This document shows positions 24,812 to 34,331 of a DNA stretch of 64,000 nucleotides, one piece after another. The stretch is from positions 12,073-76,072 of the forward strand of contig CANHRE010000003.1 in assembly GCA_947463095.1 (NCBI GenBank). Reading direction: 5' to 3'. A model generated the notes under the pieces. It was not told the DNA's origin. It made no database searches and saw nothing but the letters and a program-made list of their open reading frames with translations. The position numbers and the translations under genes are program-made. Source of the stretch: Flavobacteriales bacterium. GTDB taxonomy: Bacteria; Bacteroidota; Bacteroidia; NS11-12g; UBA955. Numbering within the stretch: position 1 is the first letter of the stretch; every line of letters begins with the position of its first letter.

Positions 24812-26182
24812 ATGGATATGAACAGTTATCTGGAAGCCAATAAACAGCGCTTCCTTGATGAATTATTCGATTTGCTGCGCATCCCTTCTATCAGCGCAGA
24901 CAATCGCTTCGCCGGTGATGTGCGCAAAGCCGCCGACTTCGTGAAGAGCAAATTGCTTGAAGCAGGTTGTGATATGGCCATAGTAGAGGAAACACCCGGA
25001 CATCCTATTGTCTATGGGGAAAAAATCATTGATCCATCTCTGCCCACCGTTCTGGTTTATGGCCATTATGACGTGCAGCCCAGCGTTCCCGATGAACTCT
25101 GGACAACCCCGCCTTTCGACCCGCAGATTCGCGACGGAAATATTTACGCACGCGGAGCCTGCGACGATAAAGGGCAGATGTACATGCATGTAAAGGCATT
25201 TGAAATGATGCAGCATACCGGCAACCTCTCTTGCAACATCAAGTTTATGATTGAAGGGGAGGAAGAAGTGGGTTCTGCCAGCCTCAGCGCCTATTGCAGG
25301 GCCAACAGAGACCGACTGAAGGCAGATGTAATCCTGGTGAGCGATACCTCGATGATTGCCAATGATATTCCCAGTATTGACGTAGGCCTGCGCGGACTTG
25401 CTTACCTTGAAGTAAAGGTTACCGGCCCGAACCGCGACCTGCACAGCGGGGTTTACGGGGGCGCAGTTCCCAACCCCATCAATGTGCTTTGCAGCATGAT
25501 TGCCAGCCTTCATGATGAAAACCGGCAAATCACCATTCCCGGATTCTACAACGATGTGCTGGAATTGAGCGCTGAAGACCGCGCAGCCCTGAACATGGCA
25601 CCTTTTGATGTGGAAGCCTATAAGCGCGACCTCGAAATAGGTGATGTATATGGCGAAAAAGGCTATACCACCCTGGAGCATACCGGTACCCGTCCAACGC
25701 TGGATGTAAACGGAATCTGGGGCGGCTATACCGGTGAAGGTTCTAAAACGGTGCTGCCTTCTGTGGCTCAGGCTAAAATCTCTATGCGCCTGGTGCCTAA
25801 TCAGTCGTCAGAAAAGATTGCAGCACTGTTCGAAACACATTTCAAGAGCATCGCACCCCCCAGCGTCAAGGTGGAAGTACACCCGCACCACGGTGGAGAG
25901 CCTGTGCTTACCCCTACCGATTCAGTGCCTTACAAAGCCGCTGCAGCCGCCATGCGCAAAACTTACGGGAAAGATCCCATACCAACCCGAGGAGGAGGAA
26001 GTATTCCCATCATTGCCCTCTTTGAAAAGGAACTGGGTATTAAAACCATGCTGATGGGCTTTGGACTTGATAGCGACGATATACACTCTCCCGATGAACA
26101 TTACGGGTTGTTCAACTACTACAAAGGCATCGAAACCATTCCTTGGTTTTACCACTATTTCGCCCAGATGCACCAAGGCTGA
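24812..26182 (+). CDS. M20 family dipeptidase (CNDP/carnosinase-like subfamily)
   Basis: Metal ligand motifs VYGHYDVQP, ARGACDDKGQ and MIEGEEEVGS have the same spacing pattern as CNDP-type Xaa-His dipeptidases. Confidence 0.75.
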   Translation: MDMNSYLEANKQRFLDELFDLLRIPSISADNRFAGDVRKAADFVKSKLLEAGCDMAIVEETPGHPIVYGEKIIDPSLPTVLVYGHYDVQPSVPDELWTTPPFDPQIRDGNIYARGACDDKGQMYMHVKAFEMMQHTGNLSCNIKFMIEGEEEVGSASLSAYCRANRDRLKADVILVSDTSMIANDIPSIDVGLRGLAYLEVKVTGPNRDLHSGVYGGAVPNPINVLCSMIASLHDENRQITIPGFYNDVLELSAEDRAALNMAPFDVEAYKRDLEIGDVYGEKGYTTLEHTGTRPTLDVNGIWGGYTGEGSKTVLPSVAQAKISMRLVPNQSSEKIAALFETHFKSIAPPSVKVEVHPHHGGEPVLTPTDSVPYKAAAAAMRKTYGKDPIPTRGGGSIPIIALFEKELGIKTMLMGFGLDSDDIHSPDEHYGLFNYYKGIETIPWFYHYFAQMHQG

Positions 26183-26199
26183 TGCATTCAGGTATTCAT

Positions 26200-26236
26200 A
26201 AAAAAGGCCGCCCTTAGGGTGGCCTTTTTGTTTTTG
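26200..26236. terminator. Bidirectional rho-independent terminator between convergent genes
   Basis: AAAAAAGGCCGCCC-TTA-GGGTGGCCTTTTTGTTTTT: a stem with one G-T pair, an A-run upstream and a T-run downstream. Confidence 0.7.
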
Positions 26237-26259
26237 GTGGAAATAAGGGGCGGTAGTAA

Positions 26260-28377
26260 TTACCAAATCAGGTGCAAGGTGCCACTGAAGGTATTGATGC
26301 GGGAGAAGGCTCCCAGATTGAGGCGATAGGAAAAACGCCAGGTATATGATTCCGAAGGGCAAACTTCGCCCTGATAGGTTCCATCCCAGCGAAACTCGGT
26401 GGCGGTGTTTTCATACACTTTCTGGCCCCAGCGATTGAAAATCTTCAGGCTTACAGGTGTAATGTCCTTGCCCGTGATTTCGAAAAATTCATTGAAACCG
26501 TCGCGATTTGGGGTGAAGGCGGTAGGAATGAACAGGTTGCAGATGTTCTCCTGCAAAAACACATTGACGTCATCGGAGGCAGATCCGCAGGGATTGGTTA
26601 CGGCCACGGTATAACTACCAGACTGGCTGACCATGATTACGCTGTCTGTGCTGCCTGTGCTCCATCGGTAGGTTGATTTCGGCCAGGTGGCAGAGAGGTA
26701 GATAAAGCCGCCTTTGCACAAGGAAGTGTCAGAGGGCAGACGCACCTTGGGTGCAGTCCCAATGAATACATTGATGTCGTCCTGCCAACTGCAGCCATTG
26801 TCGGTAACCTTTAACACATATTTACCACTTTTTGTTACCGTGATGGAAGAAGCGCTGCTGCCGGTATTCCAGTTGTAGGTTCCAGGCTGCGACGTGCTCA
26901 GGTTAACCGTGCCGCTTACACATTCGTTGATGTCGGAACCCAGGCTGAACTGTGGAATGGGCTTCACAACAACGGGAATAACGGTAGTATCTGCGCACAC
27001 CGTATCGCTCACCACATAAGTGATGGGATGCGTTCCAACGGTGGCAGGCTTAAAGGTGGTTCCGCTAACATCCGTGCCGTAGAATAGGCCACCGGCTACC
27101 GTTGGGGTTAGGGTTGCCGGAGGGTCATTCAGGCAATAGTCAGGTGCCAGCCCGGAAAAAGATGAATTCAGGTTGGGCGTAACCTTCACCTGGAACGTGT
27201 CGGATCCTACACAACCTTCATTGCTCTGCGCGCGGTGAATCACGGTATAGGTTCCGGTGCCGGGGTATTTATGCGATGGGTTTTTCAGTGTGCTGGAATT
27301 GCCATCGCCAAAATCCCAGGAATAGCTGATGATGCTGGGCGTAAAGTTGTCAAATTGAAATGACTGAAATTTTAAACACTGCACCGCATCATTCACGTAG
27401 CTGCTGGTAGAAGGGTCGGGTTGCACAACGATGTCCAGATAACCGCTGTCGCGGCAGCCCGTTCTGTTATTGGAATAATAAGTTTCAACAAGATGCTTGA
27501 TCCGGTAGTTGCCGGCTTTCGTGTATTTCTTCTTGGGCGCGGGAAGGGTATTGGTTTCCCCGTCGCCAAAATCCCACAGGTAGTCAAAGCTCAATTTGTT
27601 GAAGATACGCGTTGAGTCTTTATTAATGGTTTGGAAGCTGTTGTTGTAAAGGCATTGCACCGTATCGTTCACTCCAATGCGGATGAACATATTGGGAATG
27701 ACCAAGGTGGCCTTGGGGTTGGCAAAAACATTGGGACAGCCCAGAGCAGGTGTAACGGTGAGGTTGGTGAAGTAGTTCCCTCCATTGGCATAGCTGTGTG
27801 TTGGATCTTTGGCGGTGCTGGTAGTGCCATCGCCGAAGGTCCAGAAGTAGTTGAGGCCTGTAAAACTGGCTGTGGTTTTATTGCTGAAGTTAAACTGGTT
27901 GTTGAACTGACAACTGTCTTTATAGGAATAGATATAATCTACCTTCAGGAAATGGGTTTTCACATTACCCCTTGCCGGGTTGGACGACAGGAAATCGGGC
28001 AGCACGTTGTCGTGTTCAAAAACGGCAACATGGTAATCGGTATTGGATTTTAAGCCTGTGATGGTTACTGTGTTTCCCAGGAAATTGTACACGGCAAAAT
28101 TGCCTGTTCCCAGTTCAGATCCGGTTCCGAAGGCACTGAACGAAGTGTAGGACATGCCGTCTGCCGGACTTGCATCAACGGCAGCTCCTTCCTTCACCAG
28201 TACGATGCAGCGCGAACCGTTGCCGCGGGTCCAATTGATGCGGATGCTGGTGCAGGTGATGTTCTGAAACGTAACGGAAGATGCCTGAACTGTTGGTTCA
28301 GCAGCATGCAGCGATGAAATGGATGCGGTCAGCATCATAAGCATGGTCGCCAGCCTGCCGAATACCCCAGGATTCAT
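26260..28377 (-). CDS. Large PKD-repeat surface protein with a T9SS type B (gliding-motility C-terminal) sorting domain
   Basis: PKD signatures WTFGDGTTS...HSY, WDFGDGETN and WDFGDGNSS...HKY. C-terminus FIPTAFTPNRDGFNEFFEI...IFNRWGQKVY...WDGTYQG. Start moved to ATG 28377 (MNPGVFGRLATMLMML). Confidence 0.85.
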   Translation of the reverse strand: MNPGVFGRLATMLMMLTASISSLHAAEPTVQASSVTFQNITCTSIRINWTRGNGSRCIVLVKEGAAVDASPADGMSYTSFSAFGTGSELGTGNFAVYNFLGNTVTITGLKSNTDYHVAVFEHDNVLPDFLSSNPARGNVKTHFLKVDYIYSYKDSCQFNNQFNFSNKTTASFTGLNYFWTFGDGTTSTAKDPTHSYANGGNYFTNLTVTPALGCPNVFANPKATLVIPNMFIRIGVNDTVQCLYNNSFQTINKDSTRIFNKLSFDYLWDFGDGETNTLPAPKKKYTKAGNYRIKHLVETYYSNNRTGCRDSGYLDIVVQPDPSTSSYVNDAVQCLKFQSFQFDNFTPSIISYSWDFGDGNSSTLKNPSHKYPGTGTYTVIHRAQSNEGCVGSDTFQVKVTPNLNSSFSGLAPDYCLNDPPATLTPTVAGGLFYGTDVSGTTFKPATVGTHPITYVVSDTVCADTTVIPVVVKPIPQFSLGSDINECVSGTVNLSTSQPGTYNWNTGSSASSITVTKSGKYVLKVTDNGCSWQDDINVFIGTAPKVRLPSDTSLCKGGFIYLSATWPKSTYRWSTGSTDSVIMVSQSGSYTVAVTNPCGSASDDVNVFLQENICNLFIPTAFTPNRDGFNEFFEITGKDITPVSLKIFNRWGQKVYENTATEFRWDGTYQGEVCPSESYTWRFSYRLNLGAFSRINTFSGTLHLIW

Positions 28378-28447
28378 AAGTTGCAAATATAACATCCTTG
28401 AGTATCAATGTACTGTCGTATATCATCACTTTGTAAAACCCCGCATT

Positions 28448-29200
28448 TTAGCCCACTTCAAGCACCTGATCAGGCGGGATACAGCGCTCGCCCCTCATCC
28501 GCAACAGTATTTGTGCTACCGTCAACACATCCTTCTGGCAATAGGTTTTAATGCGCTCCAGGTTTTGTTCCTCATAATATACCTGGCCTACCTGGCTGCC
28601 GTCAATATCATCCTTAGGCGTAGGGATATCCAGCGCTTTGGCCAGCAACGCCAGCGACGTGTAATTCTTGAAATCGCCAAACTTCCACAGTTCCATGGTG
28701 TCCAGATGCGGAATTTCCCAGGGCTTCTTTCCGCCCATGTCCAGCAGCAGGGGAATCCGTATGCCCTTAATGGTCATGCGACGGGCAAGAAACGGAAAGT
28801 CGAACTCTTTACCGTTGTGGGCGCACAGGATGAAGTCTTTGCCGTGGAAGCGCCTGTTGAGCAAGTCGGCAAACTGTTGCAATACGTCCTGTTCCTGATG
28901 CCCGCAAAAGGACGTGATGCGGAAGCGGTAGTGGTCGTTCCAGCCTTGAAATATACCCGCGCTGATGCAGATAACTCTTGCAAATTCACTGTAAATACCA
29001 GCCCGTTCATACGCTTCCTCAGGTGTTTGTTCCCGCGCAATATTCTTCGCCTTTAAAGACCATAGATGCTGCCATTCTGGGTCCAGCGAGGCAAAATCCC
29101 GTTCCGCCGATACCGTTTCTATATCCAGTACCAGCACCTTGCTCAGGTCAATGTGTCGCAGCGCTTCCATGGGTTTCCGAATGATGGTGGTATGCAGCAT
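28448..29200 (-). CDS. Stand-alone DEDDy 3'-5' exonuclease related to the PolB exonuclease domain (RNase H-like fold)
   Basis: ExoI VLDIETV, ExoII CAHNGKEFDFPFL, ExoIII YCQKDVLTVAQIL (YxxxD). Confidence 0.7.
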   Translation of the reverse strand: MLHTTIIRKPMEALRHIDLSKVLVLDIETVSAERDFASLDPEWQHLWSLKAKNIAREQTPEEAYERAGIYSEFARVICISAGIFQGWNDHYRFRITSFCGHQEQDVLQQFADLLNRRFHGKDFILCAHNGKEFDFPFLARRMTIKGIRIPLLLDMGGKKPWEIPHLDTMELWKFGDFKNYTSLALLAKALDIPTPKDDIDGSQVGQVYYEEQNLERIKTYCQKDVLTVAQILLRMRGERCIPPDQVLEVG

Positions 29201-29410
29201 GCTCCGGCTTGTAGAAGGCTTCCTGCCGGAACACGAGGGGAAAGTGCATCATAGAAAGTTGATTGCTTTGGAAGGTCGAAGATAACCGTTGGCCTTCAGT
29301 ATTGTGCCAGTTACCCTCCCGAACCAGTGTTTTTAAATGTTTACAAACGGCTTTGCAAGCCATGTTAAATGTGTAAATTATGAACGATAAATTGTTTAAA
29401 ATATTATCAT

Positions 29411-32400
29411 TTGTTCCTCAATTGCCACAGTTGGTTCAGTTTGCGATACGGCATTTTGCCGCCGGCAGATATTTTGTCGTGGTTTAGCAATTTGCCTGAA
29501 GCAGCGGATCAGGCAGGAGCGGTAGGTTTACCGGCATTGATTCCCGGAGCCTGGAAGAACCGCATGCCCATGAGTTCGCATATCCGGGAGGCCGTTCAGG
29601 GTACGCCGATGCTGGCTCTTACCGATATCAACGCTGTTTCGGGCCTGCCTGATTTTTTCAGGGAGGCTGCGGCCAAAGGCATTCCTGTTGCCGGTGGGGT
29701 AGATGTGCGCAACGGGGTGAAGCAGCTTTATGTGGTTTTAGCCAGGAATGAAGCCGGCTTTGAAGAACTCAACCGCTGGCTAAGCATTCACCTGATGCAC
29801 AAGAAGCCTTTTCCGGCTATGGCACCTGCATTTGCCCATTGTTTGGTGGTTTATCCTTTTGCCCGGGCTTCCGAGCCACAGTTTACCCCTCGCCTCAGGG
29901 ACTTTGAATATGTAGGCGTCAAGCCCGAAGACCTGAGCCGCTTGTATTCTTCGCCCTGGCGCGGTCAGGCACATAAGCTTACGGCACTGTGTACCGCCAC
30001 GTTCCGCCATCCTGTTGATTTCAACACCCATCGCCTGCTGCGCTGCATCGATAAAAACTGTCTGCTCAGCCGCCTTAGCCCTTGCGATACCGGAAGCAGT
30101 GAAGACACCTACCGAGGTATGGACGTCCTGCTGGAGCAATACCGCGATTATCCAGAGTTGCTGCTGCGCAGTGCCGAACTGCTGGCCTTGTGCAGTTACC
30201 GCCCTGAGTTTGGGAAAAACCAGAACAAGGCAAGCTTCACCGGTAATGCCTCAGAAGACAGCAGGCTGCTGCACACCCTTGCCCGCGAAGGGTTTACCGG
30301 CCGATACCCAAAGCGCGATGAAAAAGCCTTGGAGCGCCTGGAAAAGGAGCTTAAGGTAATTGAAACCCTGGGCTTTACGGCTTATTTCCTAATCAGTTGG
30401 GATATTGTGCGCTATGCCCATAGCCGGGGCTACTTCTATGTGGGCAGGGGCAGCGGTGCCAACAGTGTGGTGGCCTACTGCCTGCGCATCACCGACGTGG
30501 ATCCCGTGGAACTGGATTTGTATTTCGAGCGCTTCATCAACCCATACCGTACAAGCCCGCCCGACTTCGACCTGGATTTTTCCTGGCGCGACCGCGATGA
30601 GGTTACCCGCTACATCTTTGAGCGCCACGGCGTGGAGCATACGGCACTTCTGGCGGTATACAGCACCTTCCAGACCAATGCAGTACTGCGCGAGTTGGGG
30701 AAGGTTTTTGGCCTGCCGAAAGAAGAAACAGACCACCTCCTGGAGCGGCTGCCGGGGCAACTCCGACCGCTGGAGCGGCCGGATCCTGCTCAGGATACCT
30801 ATGCGCTTATGCTGCGCTATGCCCGCCGTATTCATGAAATGCCCAACTACCGCAGCATCCACGCCGGCGGAATCCTGATCAGCGAGAAGTCCATCTTTTG
30901 TTACAGCGCCACCGATTTGCCGCCTAAAGGCTTTCCCACCGTGCAGTTCAGCATGCTGGAAGCGGAAGACCTTGGCCTGCATAAATTCGATATCCTCAGC
31001 CAGCGCGGCCTAGGGCATATCCGCGATGCCGTGGATATCATCCTCGAAAACAAAGGCCTGAAGGTGGATATTCATCGCATTCAGGAGTTTAAGAATGATG
31101 CGCGTGTGAACAGGCTGATCAGCAGCGGTCGCACGATGGGTTGTTTCTATGTGGAAAGTCCAGCCATGCGCCAGCTGTTGCAAAAGCTGCGCTGCAGCGA
31201 CTACTACACCCTGGTGGCTGCCAGCAGCGTAATCAGACCGGGGGTGGCCAGCAGCGGTATGATGCGCACTTATATCCTGCGCCATGTGGACCCAGCAGAG
31301 CGCCTGAAAGCACATCCGGTAATGCTGGACATCATGCCGGATACCTATGGCGTGATGGTGTATCAGGAGGATGTGATTAAGGTGGCGCATCATTTTGCCG
31401 GACTGGGTTTGGATGAAAGTGATGTGCTGCGCCGCGGCATGAGCGGCAAATACCGCAGCAGGGAAGAGTTTAAGCGCGTACGTGAGCGCTGGTTTGTATC
31501 CTGCCGCGAACGCGGACATTCCGATGAGCTGGCTGCCGGCGTATGGCAACAGGTAGAGAGTTTTGCCGGATACAGCTTCGCCAAAGGCCACAGCGCCAGC
31601 TATGCCGTGGAAAGCTACCAAAGCCTGTTTCTGAAGGCCTATTATCCGCTGGAGTTCTATACGGCGGTGATCAACAACTACGGCGGCTTTTACCGCACCG
31701 AGTTTTATGTACATGCTGCCCGTATGTGCGGTGCCATTGTAGAAGCCCCCTGTGTAAACCACAGCAATGGCGAGGCCAAGCTGGAAGGAAGCACATTGTG
31801 GCTTGGAATGGCCATGGTGCAGGGTTTGGAGCAACGATTTATCCTGAAGATGCTGGAGGAGCGCCTGCGCAACGGGCCTTTTGCCGGTCTTGCTGATTTT
31901 ACCGAACGCGTTCCCTGTGCCTTGGCACAAATGAAGCTGTTGTTACGCATAGGCGCCTTCCGCTTTACCGGTACAGACCGCAAGGCCCTGATGTGGGAGC
32001 TGCACTGGCTGCTCAGCAACAGCAAAACCTACAGCGAACCGCGCGCACTGTTTCGCGAGCCTGCAAAGAGCTGGAGCCTGCCAGCCTTGCTCACCGAACC
32101 ACTGGAAGATGCCTTTGAACAGTTGGAACTGCTGGGTTTCCCCTTGTGCGACCCCTTCATGCTGGCAGATTTCCCAGATGGCCTGAAGCCGGCTCCAGTG
32201 GTGCTGAGCGCAGACCGGAAAGGCAGGCGCATGGAATTGTGCGGCTACCTGGTAGCCGTAAAGCCTACACGAACCTTAAAAGGACTGGAGATGTACTTCG
32301 GAACCTGGATTGACATCAGAGGGATGTTCTTTGATACCGTCCATTTCCCGCCTTCCATCAGGCGATGCCCGTTCCGCGGCAGCGGTGTGTACCGCCTGCG

Positions 32401-32488
32401 GGGCAGCGTATCGGAAGATTTTGGAGTCGCTTCGTTTGAAGTGGATTTTATGGAACGTATCCCATACCACCCCGATCCCCGTGGCTGA
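29411..32488 (+). CDS. DNA polymerase III alpha-subunit family protein; short form of about 1025 aa, DnaE2/error-prone-like
   Basis: N-terminal PHP start (M)FLNCHSWFSLRYG...LALTDINAVSG; FDLDF; HAGGILIS; SMLEAEDLGLHKFDILSQRG; YQEDV; GYSFAKGHSASYA. TTG start at 29411, chosen by alignment of the LNCHS motif. Confidence 0.8.
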   Translation: MFLNCHSWFSLRYGILPPADILSWFSNLPEAADQAGAVGLPALIPGAWKNRMPMSSHIREAVQGTPMLALTDINAVSGLPDFFREAAAKGIPVAGGVDVRNGVKQLYVVLARNEAGFEELNRWLSIHLMHKKPFPAMAPAFAHCLVVYPFARASEPQFTPRLRDFEYVGVKPEDLSRLYSSPWRGQAHKLTALCTATFRHPVDFNTHRLLRCIDKNCLLSRLSPCDTGSSEDTYRGMDVLLEQYRDYPELLLRSAELLALCSYRPEFGKNQNKASFTGNASEDSRLLHTLAREGFTGRYPKRDEKALERLEKELKVIETLGFTAYFLISWDIVRYAHSRGYFYVGRGSGANSVVAYCLRITDVDPVELDLYFERFINPYRTSPPDFDLDFSWRDRDEVTRYIFERHGVEHTALLAVYSTFQTNAVLRELGKVFGLPKEETDHLLERLPGQLRPLERPDPAQDTYALMLRYARRIHEMPNYRSIHAGGILISEKSIFCYSATDLPPKGFPTVQFSMLEAEDLGLHKFDILSQRGLGHIRDAVDIILENKGLKVDIHRIQEFKNDARVNRLISSGRTMGCFYVESPAMRQLLQKLRCSDYYTLVAASSVIRPGVASSGMMRTYILRHVDPAERLKAHPVMLDIMPDTYGVMVYQEDVIKVAHHFAGLGLDESDVLRRGMSGKYRSREEFKRVRERWFVSCRERGHSDELAAGVWQQVESFAGYSFAKGHSASYAVESYQSLFLKAYYPLEFYTAVINNYGGFYRTEFYVHAARMCGAIVEAPCVNHSNGEAKLEGSTLWLGMAMVQGLEQRFILKMLEERLRNGPFAGLADFTERVPCALAQMKLLLRIGAFRFTGTDRKALMWELHWLLSNSKTYSEPRALFREPAKSWSLPALLTEPLEDAFEQLELLGFPLCDPFMLADFPDGLKPAPVVLSADRKGRRMELCGYLVAVKPTRTLKGLEMYFGTWIDIRGMFFDTVHFPPSIRRCPFRGSGVYRLRGSVSEDFGVASFEVDFMERIPYHPDPRG

Positions 32489-32500
32489 AAAGCCGTAGGC

Positions 32501-34285
32501 TCAATATTTCTTCTTCTTAAATCCGGTGCTGGCGAAATCGCGTTTGCCGGCAAAGTTGCCCGGCTTAGATGATTTATTGCCGCCGCCTGACCATGGCTGC
32601 TTTTTCCAGCCACCGCCTTCGCGTTCCCGATCATGCCCGTTGTTGCTCCGGCCTTTGCCCTTGAACTTACGTTCACCCTGTTCAGGCGTACGGGCAGTGA
32701 TTTCAGCGCGCACAATACGACCTTCAATTTCCTGCTTGTTGAGCGTTTCCAACAAAGCCGCAACATCTTCAGCCTCGGCATCTACAAAAGAGTAAACACC
32801 TTTTACATAAACGTGAAGGTTCTTTTTCTTCACGCCGCTGACTTCGGCAACCCAGTCCTTGAAGTTCATCGTTTCAAAACCGTCTTTCTTGCCCACACTT
32901 ACAAAAATGCGCGAGGAAGATCCACTGGCCTGTTCCACACCTGTTGCCGCCCTATCACCGGCATTTAAATCCGGAGCGTTCAGGTAATCGGCAGCAAAAC
33001 GCTTTAATTCCAGCGTCAGGATTTTCTTTACAATTTCTTGTTTATCCATGGCCATCAGCACTTCCATATTCTCAAAGTGCTCCTGGCTGAACATGTTTTC
33101 ATCCACGTCCTGGCTGGCTATGGTTTGGGTGAAGGTAAGCAACTTGCGGTCCAGAACCTCACGTGCGCCGGGAATCTGGATGCGTTTGAAGCGTATGTTG
33201 GCCTTTTTCTCAATTTCTTTCAGTCGGTATGCTTCACGAACATTCAGCAGGGTGAATGAAATCCCCGTTTTGCCCGCCCTGGCTGTCCTTCCGCTGCGGT
33301 GAGTGTAGTTTTCAATGGCATCGGGAAGGTGGTAGTGCACCACATGGGTAAGTCCGCTTACGTCAATACCACGGGCAGCTACATCGGTAGCCAGCATAAT
33401 GCGCACCGCTTTATGGCGGAAGCGATTCATTACCTTTTCCCTTTGCTGCTGGCTAAGGTCGCCATGCAGACAATCGGAATTGTAACCATCTTTAATCAGT
33501 TTATCGGATATGTCCTGAGTTTCAATTTTGGTGGTACAGAAAATGATGCCATAGAAATGATCACCCGTATAATCCAAAACCCGCTTCAGGGCAGCGTATT
33601 TGTCGCGCGAGTTTACTACCGCGTATTCGTGTTCAATATTTTCGTTTCCTGCATTTTGCTTGCCCACCGAAATTTCCAGGGGCTCGGTCATGTATTTCTT
33701 GGCAATGCGCCTGATTTCCGGCGGCATGGTTGCCGAGAACAAACATACACGTTTGCCGGCTGGGGTGAAGGAGAGGATGTGCTCTACGTCTTCCTCAAAG
33801 CCCATGTTGAGCATTTCATCAGCTTCGTCCAGAACAACCATCGAAACCTGTTCCAGTTTCACTGCGCGACGGCTCATCAAATCCATCAATCTTCCGGGGG
33901 TGGCAACAATAATCTGTGCACCGCGGCGAAGGGATTGAATTTGTTTATCCATGCTGCTGCCACCATATACCGCTGCTATTTCTATGCCCGGCATAAAGCT
34001 GCTGAATGATGTAAGGTCGCGTGAAATCTGGTTGCACAATTCCCGGGTAGGGCAAACCACCAGGGCTTGGGTGTGTTTATTATCCGCCTGCAGCAGTTGC
34101 AGCAGTGGTAGGCCAAAAGCAGCGGTTTTTCCTGTTCCTGTTTGGGCTAATCCTAGGATATCCCTGCCTGTTTCAAGCAATACGGGGATGGAGGCTTCCT
34201 GGATGGGAGTGGGCTTTTCGAAGCCCATTTTTTCAATAGCTTGCAGTAATACGGGCGCCAAACCCAACTGCTCAAAATGATTCAA
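32501..34285 (-). CDS. DEAD-box ATP-dependent RNA helicase with a C-terminal DbpA-type RNA-binding domain and a basic Gly-rich tail
   Basis: Q-motif GFEKPTPIQ, AQTGTGKT, PTRELC, VLDEADEML, SAT and HRSGRTARAG. TTG start. The tail is GKGRSNNGHDREREGGGWKK... Confidence 0.9.
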   Translation of the reverse strand: MNHFEQLGLAPVLLQAIEKMGFEKPTPIQEASIPVLLETGRDILGLAQTGTGKTAAFGLPLLQLLQADNKHTQALVVCPTRELCNQISRDLTSFSSFMPGIEIAAVYGGSSMDKQIQSLRRGAQIIVATPGRLMDLMSRRAVKLEQVSMVVLDEADEMLNMGFEEDVEHILSFTPAGKRVCLFSATMPPEIRRIAKKYMTEPLEISVGKQNAGNENIEHEYAVVNSRDKYAALKRVLDYTGDHFYGIIFCTTKIETQDISDKLIKDGYNSDCLHGDLSQQQREKVMNRFRHKAVRIMLATDVAARGIDVSGLTHVVHYHLPDAIENYTHRSGRTARAGKTGISFTLLNVREAYRLKEIEKKANIRFKRIQIPGAREVLDRKLLTFTQTIASQDVDENMFSQEHFENMEVLMAMDKQEIVKKILTLELKRFAADYLNAPDLNAGDRAATGVEQASGSSSRIFVSVGKKDGFETMNFKDWVAEVSGVKKKNLHVYVKGVYSFVDAEAEDVAALLETLNKQEIEGRIVRAEITARTPEQGERKFKGKGRSNNGHDREREGGGWKKQPWSGGGNKSSKPGNFAGKRDFASTGFKKKKY

Positions 34286-34331
34286 AGTGCGTAATTATAC
34301 GGCAAAGATACGATGAATTGAGCGGAACTGC

